64,000 nt of DNA, from contig OZ244048.1 in the NCBI GenBank assembly GCA_965215265.1, forward strand, positions 1,248,001 to 1,312,000, written 5' to 3'. A program made the position numbers and the translations under genes. Below the pieces are notes generated by a model. The model saw only the letters and a program-made list of their open reading frames with translations. It had not been told where the DNA came from and searched no databases. Positions 28,776-39,679 of the stretch are shown here, piece by piece. Numbering within the stretch: position 1 is the first letter of the stretch; the number at the start of each line of letters is the position of its first letter. Origin of the DNA: Candidatus Poribacteria bacterium. GTDB lineage: Bacteria > Poribacteria > WGA-4E > WGA-3G.

Positions 28776-30539
28776 TTATGAGCGTGTTTTGCCGATGCCG
28801 AATCTTGCGGTTAATTCTTCCAAGGTGTAGGTGTTGATAATATCTCGTTTTGTTAACCAGCCGCGGCGGGCGACGTTGATGCCAAAACGGCGGTGTTGTA
28901 GTTGTATGATACCGTGTGCGTCGGTATTGACAGCTAATAGGGCACCGGTGTGCTTTGCTTGCCGTGCCCATTCGGGTCCCAAATCCAATCGGCGGGGTGA
29001 GCTGTTAATTTCTAAAACTGTTCCATTTTCCGCGGCGGCTTCAATGATAGTGTCAAGATCGAGGGCGTACATCGGTCGCTGTCCAAGGAGTCTACCGGTG
29101 GGATGTCCAATGATATTGACTAACGGATTTTCAATAGCACGAATCAGCCGCTGGGTCATCTGTGCTTCTGATAGCGAGAAGTTGCTGTGGACGCTCGCAA
29201 CAACGATATCAAGTTGGGCTAAAATTTTCTCCGGAAAATCTAACGTTCCGTCTCTTCGAATATCTACTTCGGAACCTGCCAGGATAGTGATATTTTCAGT
29301 TTTGGCATCAAGTTCACGAACTCGCTCTATTTGTTGTAACAACCTTGTCTGATTCAAACCGTTAGCAATGATGGATGAGACAGAGTGATCGGTGATTGCA
29401 ATGTACTCAAACGCTTCTGCTTTGGCAGCTTCTACCATTTCTTGCATGGTGTTACGTCCGTCACTGCATGTAGTGTGTGCGTGCAGGTCGCCGCGTAAGT
29501 CGTTGAGTTCGACGAGATTTGGCAAAGTGCCTTCCATGGCTGCTTTGACAGCCGTTTCATCCTGCTGCAGTTCGGGTGGAATATTGGGTAGATGTTCTAT
29601 TTTTTTGTAAAGGTTCGTGAGCCGACTTTTTGGGGGTGAGTTTTCCGGTTCAGAGTTCGTTGTAGATTTTTGCGGCTGTTCCACTTTCCCATGTGCTGCT
29701 AGCTGCTGTAGCGCGTCGAGATATTTATCCGTACCTGTAGTGAGAAAGAGGATTTCATCGTATTCATCAAGGGTGCAGAAATAGATAATTGCGGGAAAAT
29801 CTTGCGCGATGTGGAATTGAAGTGTTGGAATAGTGTTGGCGAACGCGGCTTCGGCCTGTGGTGTTTTTGATACGAGGGCTTGTGACAGCAGTTGGGTTAA
29901 GGATTGTCGGATAGTGTCTCCGTTCCCTTCGTATTGAACGATGAGTTCAAGGCTGCGACAGTTCTCCTCATACCGGCGGAGTTCGCCGGTGAATTGGTAT
30001 CGTTGGATGTTTGCGGTTTTCAAGATGTCGGCAAGTTGTTCGGCAATTTTCAAAACTTTAGCAAGCGGAAGTGTCCCTTTCTGTTTAAGATAAAACTGAA
30101 AGTTGTGAGCGATTATTTGCAAGTTTTTTTTTCCGATGCCTTTCATAGCGCTGAGCTGCCCTTTCTCGAGTGCTTCACCGAGGTTGTCAAGATTTCTAAT
30201 TCCGAGTTCGTGATAGAGTCTGGCTGCAGTTTTCACGCCGATGCCGCGTATGTTTAAGAGTTGAAGTACGTCTGTGCCGATTTCGGTGGTAAGTTCATCG
30301 TAGAGTTCGCACCGTCCGGTGGTGAGCATTTCATCTGTTTTGTCTTGAATGGCTTTGCCGATGCTGGATAGGCTACGGAACTCTTGTAGGATGATGGCGT
30401 TTTCTGCAAGTTCCGCGGATAATCCATCAATAATATCGGCTGCGCGTGCATAAACCCGGGCACGGAATGGATTATCACCTCGGATTTGCAGCAAGTTGCT
30501 GATGTTGTTGAAGATTGTGCTGATTTCGCTATTTGTCAT
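28776..30539 (-). CDS. polX: Family X DNA polymerase / PHP domain protein
   Basis: NPFRARVY, GIGVKTA, PPEL, DLHAHT..SDG, TDHS, GHPTGR, EINSSP.RLD, NTDAH. Confidence 0.9.
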   Translation of the reverse strand: MTNSEISTIFNNISNLLQIRGDNPFRARVYARAADIIDGLSAELAENAIILQEFRSLSSIGKAIQDKTDEMLTTGRCELYDELTTEIGTDVLQLLNIRGIGVKTAARLYHELGIRNLDNLGEALEKGQLSAMKGIGKKNLQIIAHNFQFYLKQKGTLPLAKVLKIAEQLADILKTANIQRYQFTGELRRYEENCRSLELIVQYEGNGDTIRQSLTQLLSQALVSKTPQAEAAFANTIPTLQFHIAQDFPAIIYFCTLDEYDEILFLTTGTDKYLDALQQLAAHGKVEQPQKSTTNSEPENSPPKSRLTNLYKKIEHLPNIPPELQQDETAVKAAMEGTLPNLVELNDLRGDLHAHTTCSDGRNTMQEMVEAAKAEAFEYIAITDHSVSSIIANGLNQTRLLQQIERVRELDAKTENITILAGSEVDIRRDGTLDFPEKILAQLDIVVASVHSNFSLSEAQMTQRLIRAIENPLVNIIGHPTGRLLGQRPMYALDLDTIIEAAAENGTVLEINSSPRRLDLGPEWARQAKHTGALLAVNTDAHGIIQLQHRRFGINVARRGWLTKRDIINTYTLEELTARFGIGKTRS

Positions 30540-30587
30540 TTTACGGGAGCCGTTCCTTACTCACACTTTCTCCGGTGTGTTGGTGTG

Positions 30588-31445
30588 TTACAGTAGGCGC
30601 GTTGTTTTTCGTTGCGCAAAGATGGCGGAGATAATTCCAACGCACAGTCCTATTCCGACAATTAGAATATATTGATAGCCGGGCAGAAATTCAAGGGTGC
30701 CGAGCTGCTGTTCAAAGAGAAAAAATAGCCCGTAAAAACCAGCGATACCGCAGGCTGTACCGAGGATACCGAGGAAAATACCATGGGTAAGCAGCGGAAT
30801 CAATAGGTAGCGCGACGATGCGCCGAGGAGTTTTACGAGAACAATCTCTTCATGTCTATTGACTGTGGTTTTTGCGAGGGTATGTTGAATAAGCAACCAG
30901 CATGCGGCGATTGTCATGCATATAGCTGCGATGGTGATGTGCTCGGCATTGCGTAAACGTTCGTTCCAGGTGCCTTGTGCTGTCAATAAAACGTCCTCAA
31001 CTTCTTCGTGTACCTTGATATCCAAAGCGAGTTGTTCTAACATCGTCTGCGTTTTTGTTTCGACATCTATATAAATTTCGATGGATGCTGGAAAAGGGTA
31101 TATTCCAGTAAATCCTTCTTGAATGAGTTTGCCGAGTTCCTTAAATTGGTATTCGCTGCGTTCGAAGACTTCCTGCTTTGAGATGTAATTGGCATCAAGA
31201 ATTCGCTCATCTTTCTCAATTTGGCTGAGAAAGGCTCGTCCTTTCGTCTCATTGAGTGTATCTTTAAGTGTTGCGATGAGGGTTGGTGCGTCTTTCTCAA
31301 ATTCAAGCTGCTGGGCAATAAAACCGTGATGCAGCAGTACAGTGATTAAGGTGCCGGTGACTAACGCGATGCTGAGGAGGCTCATAAGATTTGCGATGCC
31401 TGCATGTCTAATATGGGAGATGGCATTTTCAATATAATAACGCAT
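30588..31445 (-). CDS. ftsX: Cell division permease FtsX
   Basis: 4 TM segments, YISK, P.PASIEI, EEI..VKLLGA; adjacent to ftsE. Confidence 0.8.
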   Translation of the reverse strand: MRYYIENAISHIRHAGIANLMSLLSIALVTGTLITVLLHHGFIAQQLEFEKDAPTLIATLKDTLNETKGRAFLSQIEKDERILDANYISKQEVFERSEYQFKELGKLIQEGFTGIYPFPASIEIYIDVETKTQTMLEQLALDIKVHEEVEDVLLTAQGTWNERLRNAEHITIAAICMTIAACWLLIQHTLAKTTVNRHEEIVLVKLLGASSRYLLIPLLTHGIFLGILGTACGIAGFYGLFFLFEQQLGTLEFLPGYQYILIVGIGLCVGIISAIFAQRKTTRLL

Positions 31446-31467
31446 TTTGGGTTAAAATTGTCTCTGA

Positions 31468-31527
31468 TGGCGAGATAGGTATTCTTTGTCTCATGGCAAG
31501 ATTACCTTTTACTCGCCACCCACTGGG
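31468..31527. repeat. REP-like hairpin element (second family)
   Basis: TGGCGAG...CTCGCCA arms around the shared core. Confidence 0.75.
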
Positions 31528-31620
31528 TTGCGTATTCTCTCGTTATTGTGTCAATTTGTGCTGTTCCGCGTTAGGAAGCTGCATGAGCGTAATTTCTATC
31601 CGTTTCATCTAGTTGCAACG

Positions 31621-32268
31621 TCAATGAATAGTTCCGTCTCTCAGTTCAATAATTCGCTTATTGCATTTCTGAGCGAACTGTTTGTTATTAGTTGTGACAA
31701 GAATTGTTATGCCTTGAAAGTTAAGTGCGTCCAAAAGCGCGATGATTTCAAGTGAAAGTCGGTTATCCAAGTGTGCTGTAGGTGTGTCAGCAAGTAGTAG
31801 GAGCGGGCGATTGATAATGGCTCTGGCGATAGCGAGCCGTTGTCGTTCGTTGCCGGAGATTTGCGTTGGGTGTGCGTCTTTATGATGTGCGAGTCCCATC
31901 TGCTGAAGGAGTTTGTTGACATTTTCCTTCAGATTGGCCGGTTTAGTTCCCATTATTTTTTGTGGGAGTGCGAGATTTTTTTCGAGCGTTTTATTATTCA
32001 AGAACTTGTAGTCTTGAAAAACGAGTCCTATCTTCTGTCTAAAGTAAGGAAGATTTAGGCGATTTAGTTCAGCGAGGGGTTGCCCAAGGACGTTCAGATG
32101 CCCTTCGGTTGGTATTAAGTCGCGGTATAACAATCGCAGTAGGGTTGTTTTCCCTGCTCCGCTTGGCCCGACGAGAAAAACAAACTCGCCGCGTTCAACG
32201 CGAAAACTAACCTTCTCAAGCACGCTGAGTTCGCTATAACTGAAACTAACCTGATGAACCTGGATCAT
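31621..32268 (-). CDS. ftsE: Cell division ATP-binding protein FtsE
   Basis: GEFVFLVGPSGAGKTT, IGLVFQDYK; signature ISGNE and Walker B LADT are degenerate. Confidence 0.85.
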   Translation of the reverse strand: MIQVHQVSFSYSELSVLEKVSFRVERGEFVFLVGPSGAGKTTLLRLLYRDLIPTEGHLNVLGQPLAELNRLNLPYFRQKIGLVFQDYKFLNNKTLEKNLALPQKIMGTKPANLKENVNKLLQQMGLAHHKDAHPTQISGNERQRLAIARAIINRPLLLLADTPTAHLDNRLSLEIIALLDALNFQGITILVTTNNKQFAQKCNKRIIELRDGTIH

Positions 32269-32345
32269 TTTTCTCTAAAAGCACTAAGGTGCATTTGGCC
32301 TGAGCCGTTCGGAGGCAAGGGGCATCTTGTCAGTGCTGTTGTGGT

Positions 32346-34646
32346 TTATGTCTCCTTATATTTACACGTTTTGGAATCGCAGACGATAAATGTCTTTCCT
32401 GTCGTTTTTTCGATTTTCTCAACGAGGTAAGGAGCTTCGCATTCAGGGCATGGTTGCGGTAAGGGTTTGTCCCATGTTGAAAATTCGCACGTCGGATAGT
32501 TGCTACATCCATAAAAGATCTTTCCGCGTCGGGTTCGACGTTCTCCGATATAGCCGTTGCAGTTAGCTTCAGGGCAGTCAACGCCCATGGGAATTGGCTT
32601 TGCGTTTTTGCATGCTGGAAATCCACTGCAGGATAAAAATTGTGCCCCGGTGCGGCTAGTTTTGATAACCATCTGTTCCCCGCACTTTTCGCAAGTGTAC
32701 TCGGTAGTTTGGGGTTCTGCTATGGGTTCTTCATCAGCGTTGAGGCGTTTGATATTCTGGCATTCTGGATAGTTTCCGCATCCGAGGAAACGTCCGTAGC
32801 GTCCCCACTTGACAATCATGGTAGCTCCGCACTTTTCACAGACGGAGTCGGATTCGGTTTCCATTGCCTTTCGTGCCTGATACATCTTATCAGGTGCCTC
32901 TTGCAAGGCGGTTTGAAATGACGGATAAAACTCGTCTAACATAAATGCCCACTTAACATTGCCATCTGCGACGGTATCGAGTTGTTTCTCCATCTGTGCT
33001 GTGAATTCAACATCAACAATGTTGGGGAATCCATAAATAAGGAGTTGATTGACAAGTCGTCCAACATCTGTAGGTAAGAGGCGGCCTTGTTCTTTTGTCA
33101 CGTATCCACGGTCTTGAATGGTTGAGAGAATGCTTGCGTACGTGCTGGGCCGACCGATTTCTTTCGCTTCTAACGTTTTAACAAGCGTTGCCTCATTATA
33201 ACGGGGTGGCGGTTGCGTCCAATGTTGCTTAGGTAACAGTTTGTGAAGTTTGAGGGTATCGCCTTCTTTTACTACAGGCAGGTTTGGGTTTTCTGTGGAT
33301 GTCTCACCTATAGGTGTTTTTTCTCCGTTTTGTTCTATGTCATCTTTCCCTTCCATATAGACGCTCCGGAACCCCTTAAACTTGATAACCGACCCGGTCG
33401 CCCGAAACAGGTACTGCCCTGCTTTTATATCGATGGTGGTTGCGTCAAAAATAGCGGGCCTCATTTGACTGGCGATGAACCGCATCCAAATCAGTTCGTA
33501 GAGGCGGTACTGTTCCTGAGTCAGGTAAGGTTTCAGTGCTGTCGGTGTCCGCAACGGCATGGTGGGGCGTACAGCTTCGTGTGCATCTTGCGCACCCTTT
33601 TTGGTTTTGTATTGGACAGCACGGGTAGGCAAGTATTCTGTTCCGTATGTTGTTTTAATGTATTTGCGTGCGGCTTGGAGTGCTTCCTGGGCGACGCGCG
33701 TTGAATCGGTGCGCATGTAGGTGATGAGCCCGATGGCTCCTTCCTTTCCAATTTCTAATCCTTCGTAGAGTTGTTGCGCGATGCGCATCGTTCTTTTGGC
33801 AGTAAACCTGAGTTTACGTGAGGCTTCCTGCTGCAAGGTACTGGTAATAAAAGGTGGGACTGGCCGTTGTTTTCGCTCACGTTTTTGCACCTTATCGACG
33901 ATGTATGTTTGATTTTGTGCGTCATCGGCGATTTCTTTTGCCAGGTCTTCATCGATGCGGAATCCGTAGTTATTGATGTCGCCTTTCTTAGTCCCGATTC
34001 GGTATAGTTTGGCAAGGAACAGATGTTTCTGCAAGTTTTGCTCTGTGATGGGTGAGAGGGTTGCAGTGAGTGTCCAATATTCTTTCGGTTTAAAGGCTTC
34101 AATTTCCACTTCGCGTTCGCAGATGAACCGTACTGCGACGGATTGCACGCGTCCTGCGCTCAGTCCGGGTTTGACACTACGCCACAAAATGGGGCTAATC
34201 TGATATCCGACGAGTCTATCTAAAACGCGCCGTGCTTGTTGCGCGTCGACGAGTGACATGTTAATCTGTCCTGGATTCTGAATGGCTTGTAATATCGCGT
34301 CTTTGGTGATTTCGTTATAGACTATCCGATAAATGGGCTTTTTCGTCTTTTTTAATTCTTCAGCAATATGCCAGCAGATGGCTTCGCCTTCCCGGTCCGG
34401 ATCTGCGGCGAGGAAGATGCTGTCTACCTTCCGTGCGGATTCTGTGAGAGCTTTAATAACCTTTCCTTTTCCGTGAATACGGACATATTTAGGCTTAAAA
34501 GCATTTTCTATATCGACACCGAGTTCCTTTTTCGGCAGATCTCGGATGTGCCCGACGGAAGATTCGAGAATGTAATTCTTACCTAAAATCTTCTTAATGG
34601 TTTTCGCTTTCGCGGGGGATTCAACAACGACGAGTGACTTGGACAT
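32346..34646 (-). CDS. topA: DNA topoisomerase I with C-terminal zinc ribbons
   Basis: VVESPAKAKTI, DPDREGEAI, SAGRVQS, ITYMRTDS, AHEAVRPT, IGRPSTYA. Confidence 0.97.
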   Translation of the reverse strand: MSKSLVVVESPAKAKTIKKILGKNYILESSVGHIRDLPKKELGVDIENAFKPKYVRIHGKGKVIKALTESARKVDSIFLAADPDREGEAICWHIAEELKKTKKPIYRIVYNEITKDAILQAIQNPGQINMSLVDAQQARRVLDRLVGYQISPILWRSVKPGLSAGRVQSVAVRFICEREVEIEAFKPKEYWTLTATLSPITEQNLQKHLFLAKLYRIGTKKGDINNYGFRIDEDLAKEIADDAQNQTYIVDKVQKRERKQRPVPPFITSTLQQEASRKLRFTAKRTMRIAQQLYEGLEIGKEGAIGLITYMRTDSTRVAQEALQAARKYIKTTYGTEYLPTRAVQYKTKKGAQDAHEAVRPTMPLRTPTALKPYLTQEQYRLYELIWMRFIASQMRPAIFDATTIDIKAGQYLFRATGSVIKFKGFRSVYMEGKDDIEQNGEKTPIGETSTENPNLPVVKEGDTLKLHKLLPKQHWTQPPPRYNEATLVKTLEAKEIGRPSTYASILSTIQDRGYVTKEQGRLLPTDVGRLVNQLLIYGFPNIVDVEFTAQMEKQLDTVADGNVKWAFMLDEFYPSFQTALQEAPDKMYQARKAMETESDSVCEKCGATMIVKWGRYGRFLGCGNYPECQNIKRLNADEEPIAEPQTTEYTCEKCGEQMVIKTSRTGAQFLSCSGFPACKNAKPIPMGVDCPEANCNGYIGERRTRRGKIFYGCSNYPTCEFSTWDKPLPQPCPECEAPYLVEKIEKTTGKTFIVCDSKTCKYKET

Positions 34647-34884
34647 GTTAGGTTCCTATAAGTTTTATCAAAATATCCTCTTATGTTAATGCCTTTTTAC
34701 TATTAACGCAACATGAAATCAGAAAGTTGCAAAGTTTGTAAAGTCTCTAAATTTTTTTGTGCAGTATCGGCTTAGTTTTATTTTTGGGGAGGGTTTTCAT
34801 GTTCTTTATGTTTCTAATGTATTGTATTGATTGTCAAAATTCCTTATAAAAAGCGGTGCCCTTTCGTGTCTTGTGTAGTTGGTT

Positions 34885-35661
34885 TCATTCTTGGGCAAAT
34901 TCGACAAGTTCTGTGAGGCGCTGTCGCATTTCTGTGCGATGGACGATAGTATCGATGAAACCGTGTTCTAATAATGCCTCTGCTTTCTGAAAGTTTTCTG
35001 GGAGTTCTTCGTGTAGGCTGGCGACGGCTAAGGGTCCAGCAAAACCGATGCGTGCCCCGGGTTCTGCGATAATGACATCACCGAGGGAGGTATAACTGGC
35101 GGTGGCACCGCCAAACGTTGGATCGGTGACGACAGAGATGTAAAAAACGCCCTTTTTCGCGTATTCCGCACAAGCTGCTGCAGTTTTTGCCATTTGCATT
35201 AAGGCGAGGGTGCCTTCCTGCATCCGCATGCCGCCGCTGACAGAGACGATGATTAAAGGCAGCTTGTTCTCAAGGGCACGTTCAATACAGCGAGTCACCT
35301 TTTCACCGATGACGGAACCGCAAGTTCCGCCTATGAATCCGACATCGCCTACCGCGATTGCAGTGGGATGTCCGCCGATGTTTGCGATGCCTGAGAGCAT
35401 TTCAGATCGGAGTCCTGTTTTGGCAATGTCACGGGCGAGCTTCTCCGGATAGTCCGGGAATTTTAACGAATCAATTGAATAAAGATGTGCATCGTATTCC
35501 TCGAAGCTGCCTTTATCTATGATGAGGTTGAGCCGCTCGTGAGCTGTCAGATAGTGATGATACCCACAGTGCTGGCACACTTTCAGATTTTTGATAAATG
35601 TCTCTTCGGTGAACTGAAGGTTGCAATTTTTACAAAAGAGTGTTTTTGAAGTGTCGTTCAT
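34885..35661 (-). CDS. accD: Acetyl-CoA carboxylase carboxyltransferase beta subunit
   Basis: CxxC...CxxC zinc finger, GEK, SGGMRMQEG..ALMQMAKT, PT.GG.TAS, IGFAG. Confidence 0.92.
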   Translation of the reverse strand: MNDTSKTLFCKNCNLQFTEETFIKNLKVCQHCGYHHYLTAHERLNLIIDKGSFEEYDAHLYSIDSLKFPDYPEKLARDIAKTGLRSEMLSGIANIGGHPTAIAVGDVGFIGGTCGSVIGEKVTRCIERALENKLPLIIVSVSGGMRMQEGTLALMQMAKTAAACAEYAKKGVFYISVVTDPTFGGATASYTSLGDVIIAEPGARIGFAGPLAVASLHEELPENFQKAEALLEHGFIDTIVHRTEMRQRLTELVEFAQE

Positions 35662-35822
35662 TTTTTGTTTAACAGAATTTGCGTTTTTGTTTTGTGTGTA
35701 GAAGAATGGTGTATCGCGCTTTCCGATTGTACTTTAGCGAAAGCGCGACACGAATAATTATACAGCCGTGTGTGAAACTTTCCAAGGTACAACAAAGTTG
35801 GATGCGATGGAAAAAAGATGGG

Positions 35823-36640
35823 TTAACGTCCTGTTTTGAGACGGCCCCAGGTCATCGAGAGTTTGCCGGCAGGCTCAACGTCGAGTGCCTCCTTCGCCCC
35901 TTGGTCTTTGAAGGTGTTAATATCATCTTCGCTCAGCGCTCGGTTCCAGAGCCGAACTTCGTCAATAATTCCTGCGAAAATGTAGTTTTCCCGTTCACAA
36001 TCCTGTCCGATTCGCCATGGATCGTCATTGGCACCGAGTTTCCCTGGAACGTTGCCATCAACGACAGGTTCTCCGTCGACGTATATTATGCCGGTCTTGC
36101 CATCGTTGGTAAAAGCAATATGTACCCATTTTCCGGTTTCAGGTAAATCGGTTGCGATATCATTTCTGCCGGCTTCGGTTTCAACTCTAAGCTTGAAGGT
36201 ACCACCTTCGCTAAACAGTCCGTATTGCACTCTACCTCCGCAGCCGCCATGGACGGATTTTCCAACGATTTGGCGCACTCCGTTCCAATGTTCAGCGTTA
36301 ATCCACGCCATGAAGGTGCATTCGTTAACATTAAGTTTGTCTGTGCTTTCGCGGTAACGAAGGTACCACTACCATCTCCTCCAAATTCGAGTGCTGTTTC
36401 AAATTTTCCTTTGACCCATACAGGATTGTCAATTTCGCCGTCGTGTCCGTTTCCGCTGAGGTCTTCAGCTCTCGCGCCTTTGCCTTCATCGTAGGCATGG
36501 TAGAGTACCAAGCCTTCGATAAAGTCTTGTGCCGCGGCAAACGGTATAGCACCTATAAGGATGGTTAGTACTATACCACTGAATGCTACCTTGCGTAGAT
36601 TTTTACGACACGACTCATTGTAAAAAATAGCTTTTTTCAT
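35823..36640 (-). pseudogene. LamG/ConA-like secreted protein with a 1-nt frameshift near 36351 (true lesion or assembly error)
   Basis: Frames join as GTFVT|ESTDKLNVNECTFMAW if one base is added; C-terminal DVEPAGKLSMTWGRLK. Confidence 0.75.
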
Positions 36641-36832
36641 TTTCGGAACTTCCTCCTTATTTTTTGAAAGATAAAATATTTTACCAATATTCAGGGTTTT
36701 TGTCAAGTTTATTTAGAGAACGTTCATAACGTAGGGCTAAATCGCACTGCCTATGCTCGGCCCTCCTTGAAATTTTTCAGAAATTCTGATAGTCTTATAC
36801 TTAATCACATTAGCAATAGCGGAGAATAATGC

Positions 36833-37669
36833 ATGCACACCATCTACTCCACTTTGACAGAAGAAGAAAAGTGGTATTTTGATTTACACGGATTTCTCAT
36901 CTTACGGAATGTTATTCCTAAGGCTGAGGTTGGAGAGATGTTGAAGGTGCTTCGGCACTGGTTAACTATTGACGAGAGTGGTCTCCCATCTCCGTTAAAA
37001 CGGAGTCGACAAGAACCGTGCAAAACGCATCTTGATCATGTTCAATACGGGCATAAGTTGTTCGCGGAGCTCGCGATGAATCAGGAGCTTATGCGGGTCG
37101 TAGCAGGGTTAACGATGAACGCGCCGCGCTTGTTCCACTGTAATTTCACGATGATGACGAAACACGATTCGCCACAACATTTTCATAGGGATGATAGCGG
37201 TTTTAAGTTTCCCCCGGGGTTTCGCAATCCACATAACGATTATCAGGCTGCGGCGGGGCATATCTACTGTAGTCACATTGCGACGTGGGTTGCCCTCGTG
37301 GATGTGCCTCCGGGCACAGGTTTCTGTCTCGTTCCGGGCAGTCATAAATCTGAGTTTCCGATGCCGGTGCATCTGCCGGTGAAACATAATCCTCCGACAT
37401 CTATCACATTGCCAATGAATGCGGGTGATATAGCCATTTTTTCTACCAATCTTCTACACGATGCGAGTCCATGGACAGAGGAGTACCCCCGCATGAATAT
37501 CTTTCAACGTTATCAACTGAGTGCCTATTTCAATGAGTCGGGAAAGGGTGGGTACCCTCTTGACGAACATCGCCACAAGATTCCGGATGAGCAGTATGAA
37601 TTGGAATCACTCTCGAAAGACGTGAAAGCGGTTGTGCAGCGTATTTTACCAAAAGGAGGTAAAGAATGA
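36833..37669 (+). CDS. Phytanoyl-CoA dioxygenase (PhyH) family 2OG-Fe(II) oxygenase
   Basis: FDLHGFLILRN, HxD (FHRD), VPGSHKS, AGD..IF...LLH. Confidence 0.85.
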   Translation: MHTIYSTLTEEEKWYFDLHGFLILRNVIPKAEVGEMLKVLRHWLTIDESGLPSPLKRSRQEPCKTHLDHVQYGHKLFAELAMNQELMRVVAGLTMNAPRLFHCNFTMMTKHDSPQHFHRDDSGFKFPPGFRNPHNDYQAAAGHIYCSHIATWVALVDVPPGTGFCLVPGSHKSEFPMPVHLPVKHNPPTSITLPMNAGDIAIFSTNLLHDASPWTEEYPRMNIFQRYQLSAYFNESGKGGYPLDEHRHKIPDEQYELESLSKDVKAVVQRILPKGGKE

Positions 37670-38430
37670 GTTTGAAAGATCAAGTCTGTCTTATCACCGG
37701 TGGCGGGAGCGGCATTGGACGTGGTGCTGCCTGCATCATGGCGAAGGACGGTGCGACAGTGGTTCTTGCCGGCAGAACTGCTGCAAAATTGGCGGCTGTC
37801 ACAGCTGAAATTGAAGCGGCGGGCGGAAGTGCCATCAGCTACACGGTTGATGTTGCAGACTATTCTGGTGTCCAAGCGATGGTTGCCGATGTACTGGCGA
37901 AGTTTGGACGCATTGATGTCCTCGTGAACAATGCTGGACACAGTTCGCTTAACCGGCGGCTTCTCAACACAACACAGGAAGAAATGCGTTCAGTTATCGA
38001 TTCAAATCTGATCGGTACTTTCTTTTGTACGCAGTCAGTCGTGCCGGCGATGTTGAAAGCGAAATCGGGTACAATTATCAATATCTCTTCGCTCGCTGCG
38101 ATGACCCCCGGTCCGTTTAGCGGTTTTCCGTATGGCGCGGCGAAAGCAGCAGTCATCAATTTTACAGAATATCTCAATACAGATTTAAGAAACACAGGCA
38201 TCCGTGCAAGCGTTATTATCCCTGGTGAAGTTGCCACGCCGATTTTGGACAAACGCCCGGTTCCTCCGGATGCCGAAGCACGCCAGATGATGGTAGATGT
38301 TGACGAGACATCCGCTGCCATACACCTCATAGCAACGTTACCGCAGCGAAGCAACATCCCTGAGTTAGTTATCCGTCCTACGATGCACCGGAGCACAGAA
38401 GGCGAGCTCGTTCAATTTAACGAAATATAG
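37666..38430 (+). CDS. SDR family oxidoreductase
   Basis: TGGGSGIG, NNAG, YGAAK. Confidence 0.92.
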   Translation: MSLKDQVCLITGGGSGIGRGAACIMAKDGATVVLAGRTAAKLAAVTAEIEAAGGSAISYTVDVADYSGVQAMVADVLAKFGRIDVLVNNAGHSSLNRRLLNTTQEEMRSVIDSNLIGTFFCTQSVVPAMLKAKSGTIINISSLAAMTPGPFSGFPYGAAKAAVINFTEYLNTDLRNTGIRASVIIPGEVATPILDKRPVPPDAEARQMMVDVDETSAAIHLIATLPQRSNIPELVIRPTMHRSTEGELVQFNEI

Positions 38431-38454
38431 GGTATCTTGAGCAAGGCTATGCTC

Positions 38455-39495
38455 CTACCGGTAAATTGACGTTTGCGGATGATAACGTGCCCAAGCGAAC
38501 CAATAGATATTGACAGCAGGCAGCCGTTCTAAATATTCGCCTTTGTATTTGCCGGCAGTTGCCGCCCCGGTAATGAGGTTCCACTGTGTGCCGGAATCGT
38601 CTTCTGCTACATGGCCGTTTTGCGAGATAAAGGTTAGTAGCGTATTCCCTAACTGCCGCGTAAAGACTGCTGTTGCAAAAGAATCTGTGTCGTGAAAAAT
38701 TAACAACGGCACTTCATTCAAAGTATCGTTGATTAAAGTGGTTTCTGCAAACTGTGTGAGCGGATAGGCGCGATACCGGCTTTCTCCGTTTTTGTTCGGT
38801 ACTTGAACGCCGATGACGAGTGCTTTATTTGGGAGCCGGTCATCGGTGTAGTTCATCCCGCTCACGCCTGCGCGGGTACTGGCATGGTAGTCTGCGTAGA
38901 CATCTCGTTTTTTGCTTTCACTCGTTCTATTTCCCGACATGACAGATAGCACCTGTGTCGTCGGGTAATTCATCTGCCATGTTTTCCACGCAATCTGTGG
39001 CATAGCGGCAAGGGGTTTTAACCGCTTGCCCTTGAGTTCCCCTTGTATCGCTTCACCCGTAATGTGGGACCAGAGTGAACGGGTCTGATGATCGTACATC
39101 AAAAGTGCGTCTCGCCATAGTTTGCCGCTGACTCCGAACGTATAGGTTTTTCCTTCCAGTTCTCGGCTATACACGATAGCGGTTTTGCACAAGGGTCACC
39201 AGGTTGTGGCAATCTTCTGTCCACCGACAACGTCATTGACAATTTCATGCCCATTTAGCAGATAGAGGGAGTAGGCGTGGCTTTCCCCGTTGAAGCTAAC
39301 ACCGATAACAGGTGCAGCCGCGTCTAATTGTGCGTTCGCTGCAGGAACGAACTGTGGTTCAGTGATTGCCGGGATGGCATCAAACGGGAGCAGCGTCCGA
39401 ATCGCGTCCTTTGAATAATCGGTTACACTGCGTTCAGCGGAAGTAACAAATGGGAAAATGGACATTAGGAGTATGAGGAGGCTGTAGATTTTCAT
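38455..39495 (-). CDS. DUF3179 family selenoprotein (in-frame TGA at 39196-39198, UxxC)
   Basis: DAIPAI..P.F, HEIVNDVVGG...ATTW-TGA-PLCKTA, FGVSGKL...LLMYD.QTRSLWS; TGA sits at the first Cys of the family CxxC; selA is in the window. Confidence 0.88.
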
Positions 39496-39679
39496 AAGAG
39501 TTCCTTTCGTTTTTCGACATAAATATGTTGAGAATAGCGGAAACGAGTTAATAACATTATACTTCAAGAGACTTAAGAGATGCAAGTTATACGCAGAGAT
39601 GGGCAAAACTATGTGACACCTGCAGGGCGAAACCGATTGATGAAGATAACCAGGCGTAAGAGTTTGCAGATGGCCCCGA

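Noticed and set aside
36340-36360. Programmed frameshift in the LamG gene
   Set aside because: Single missing base with no slippery site or homopolymer; lesion or assembly error is more likely.
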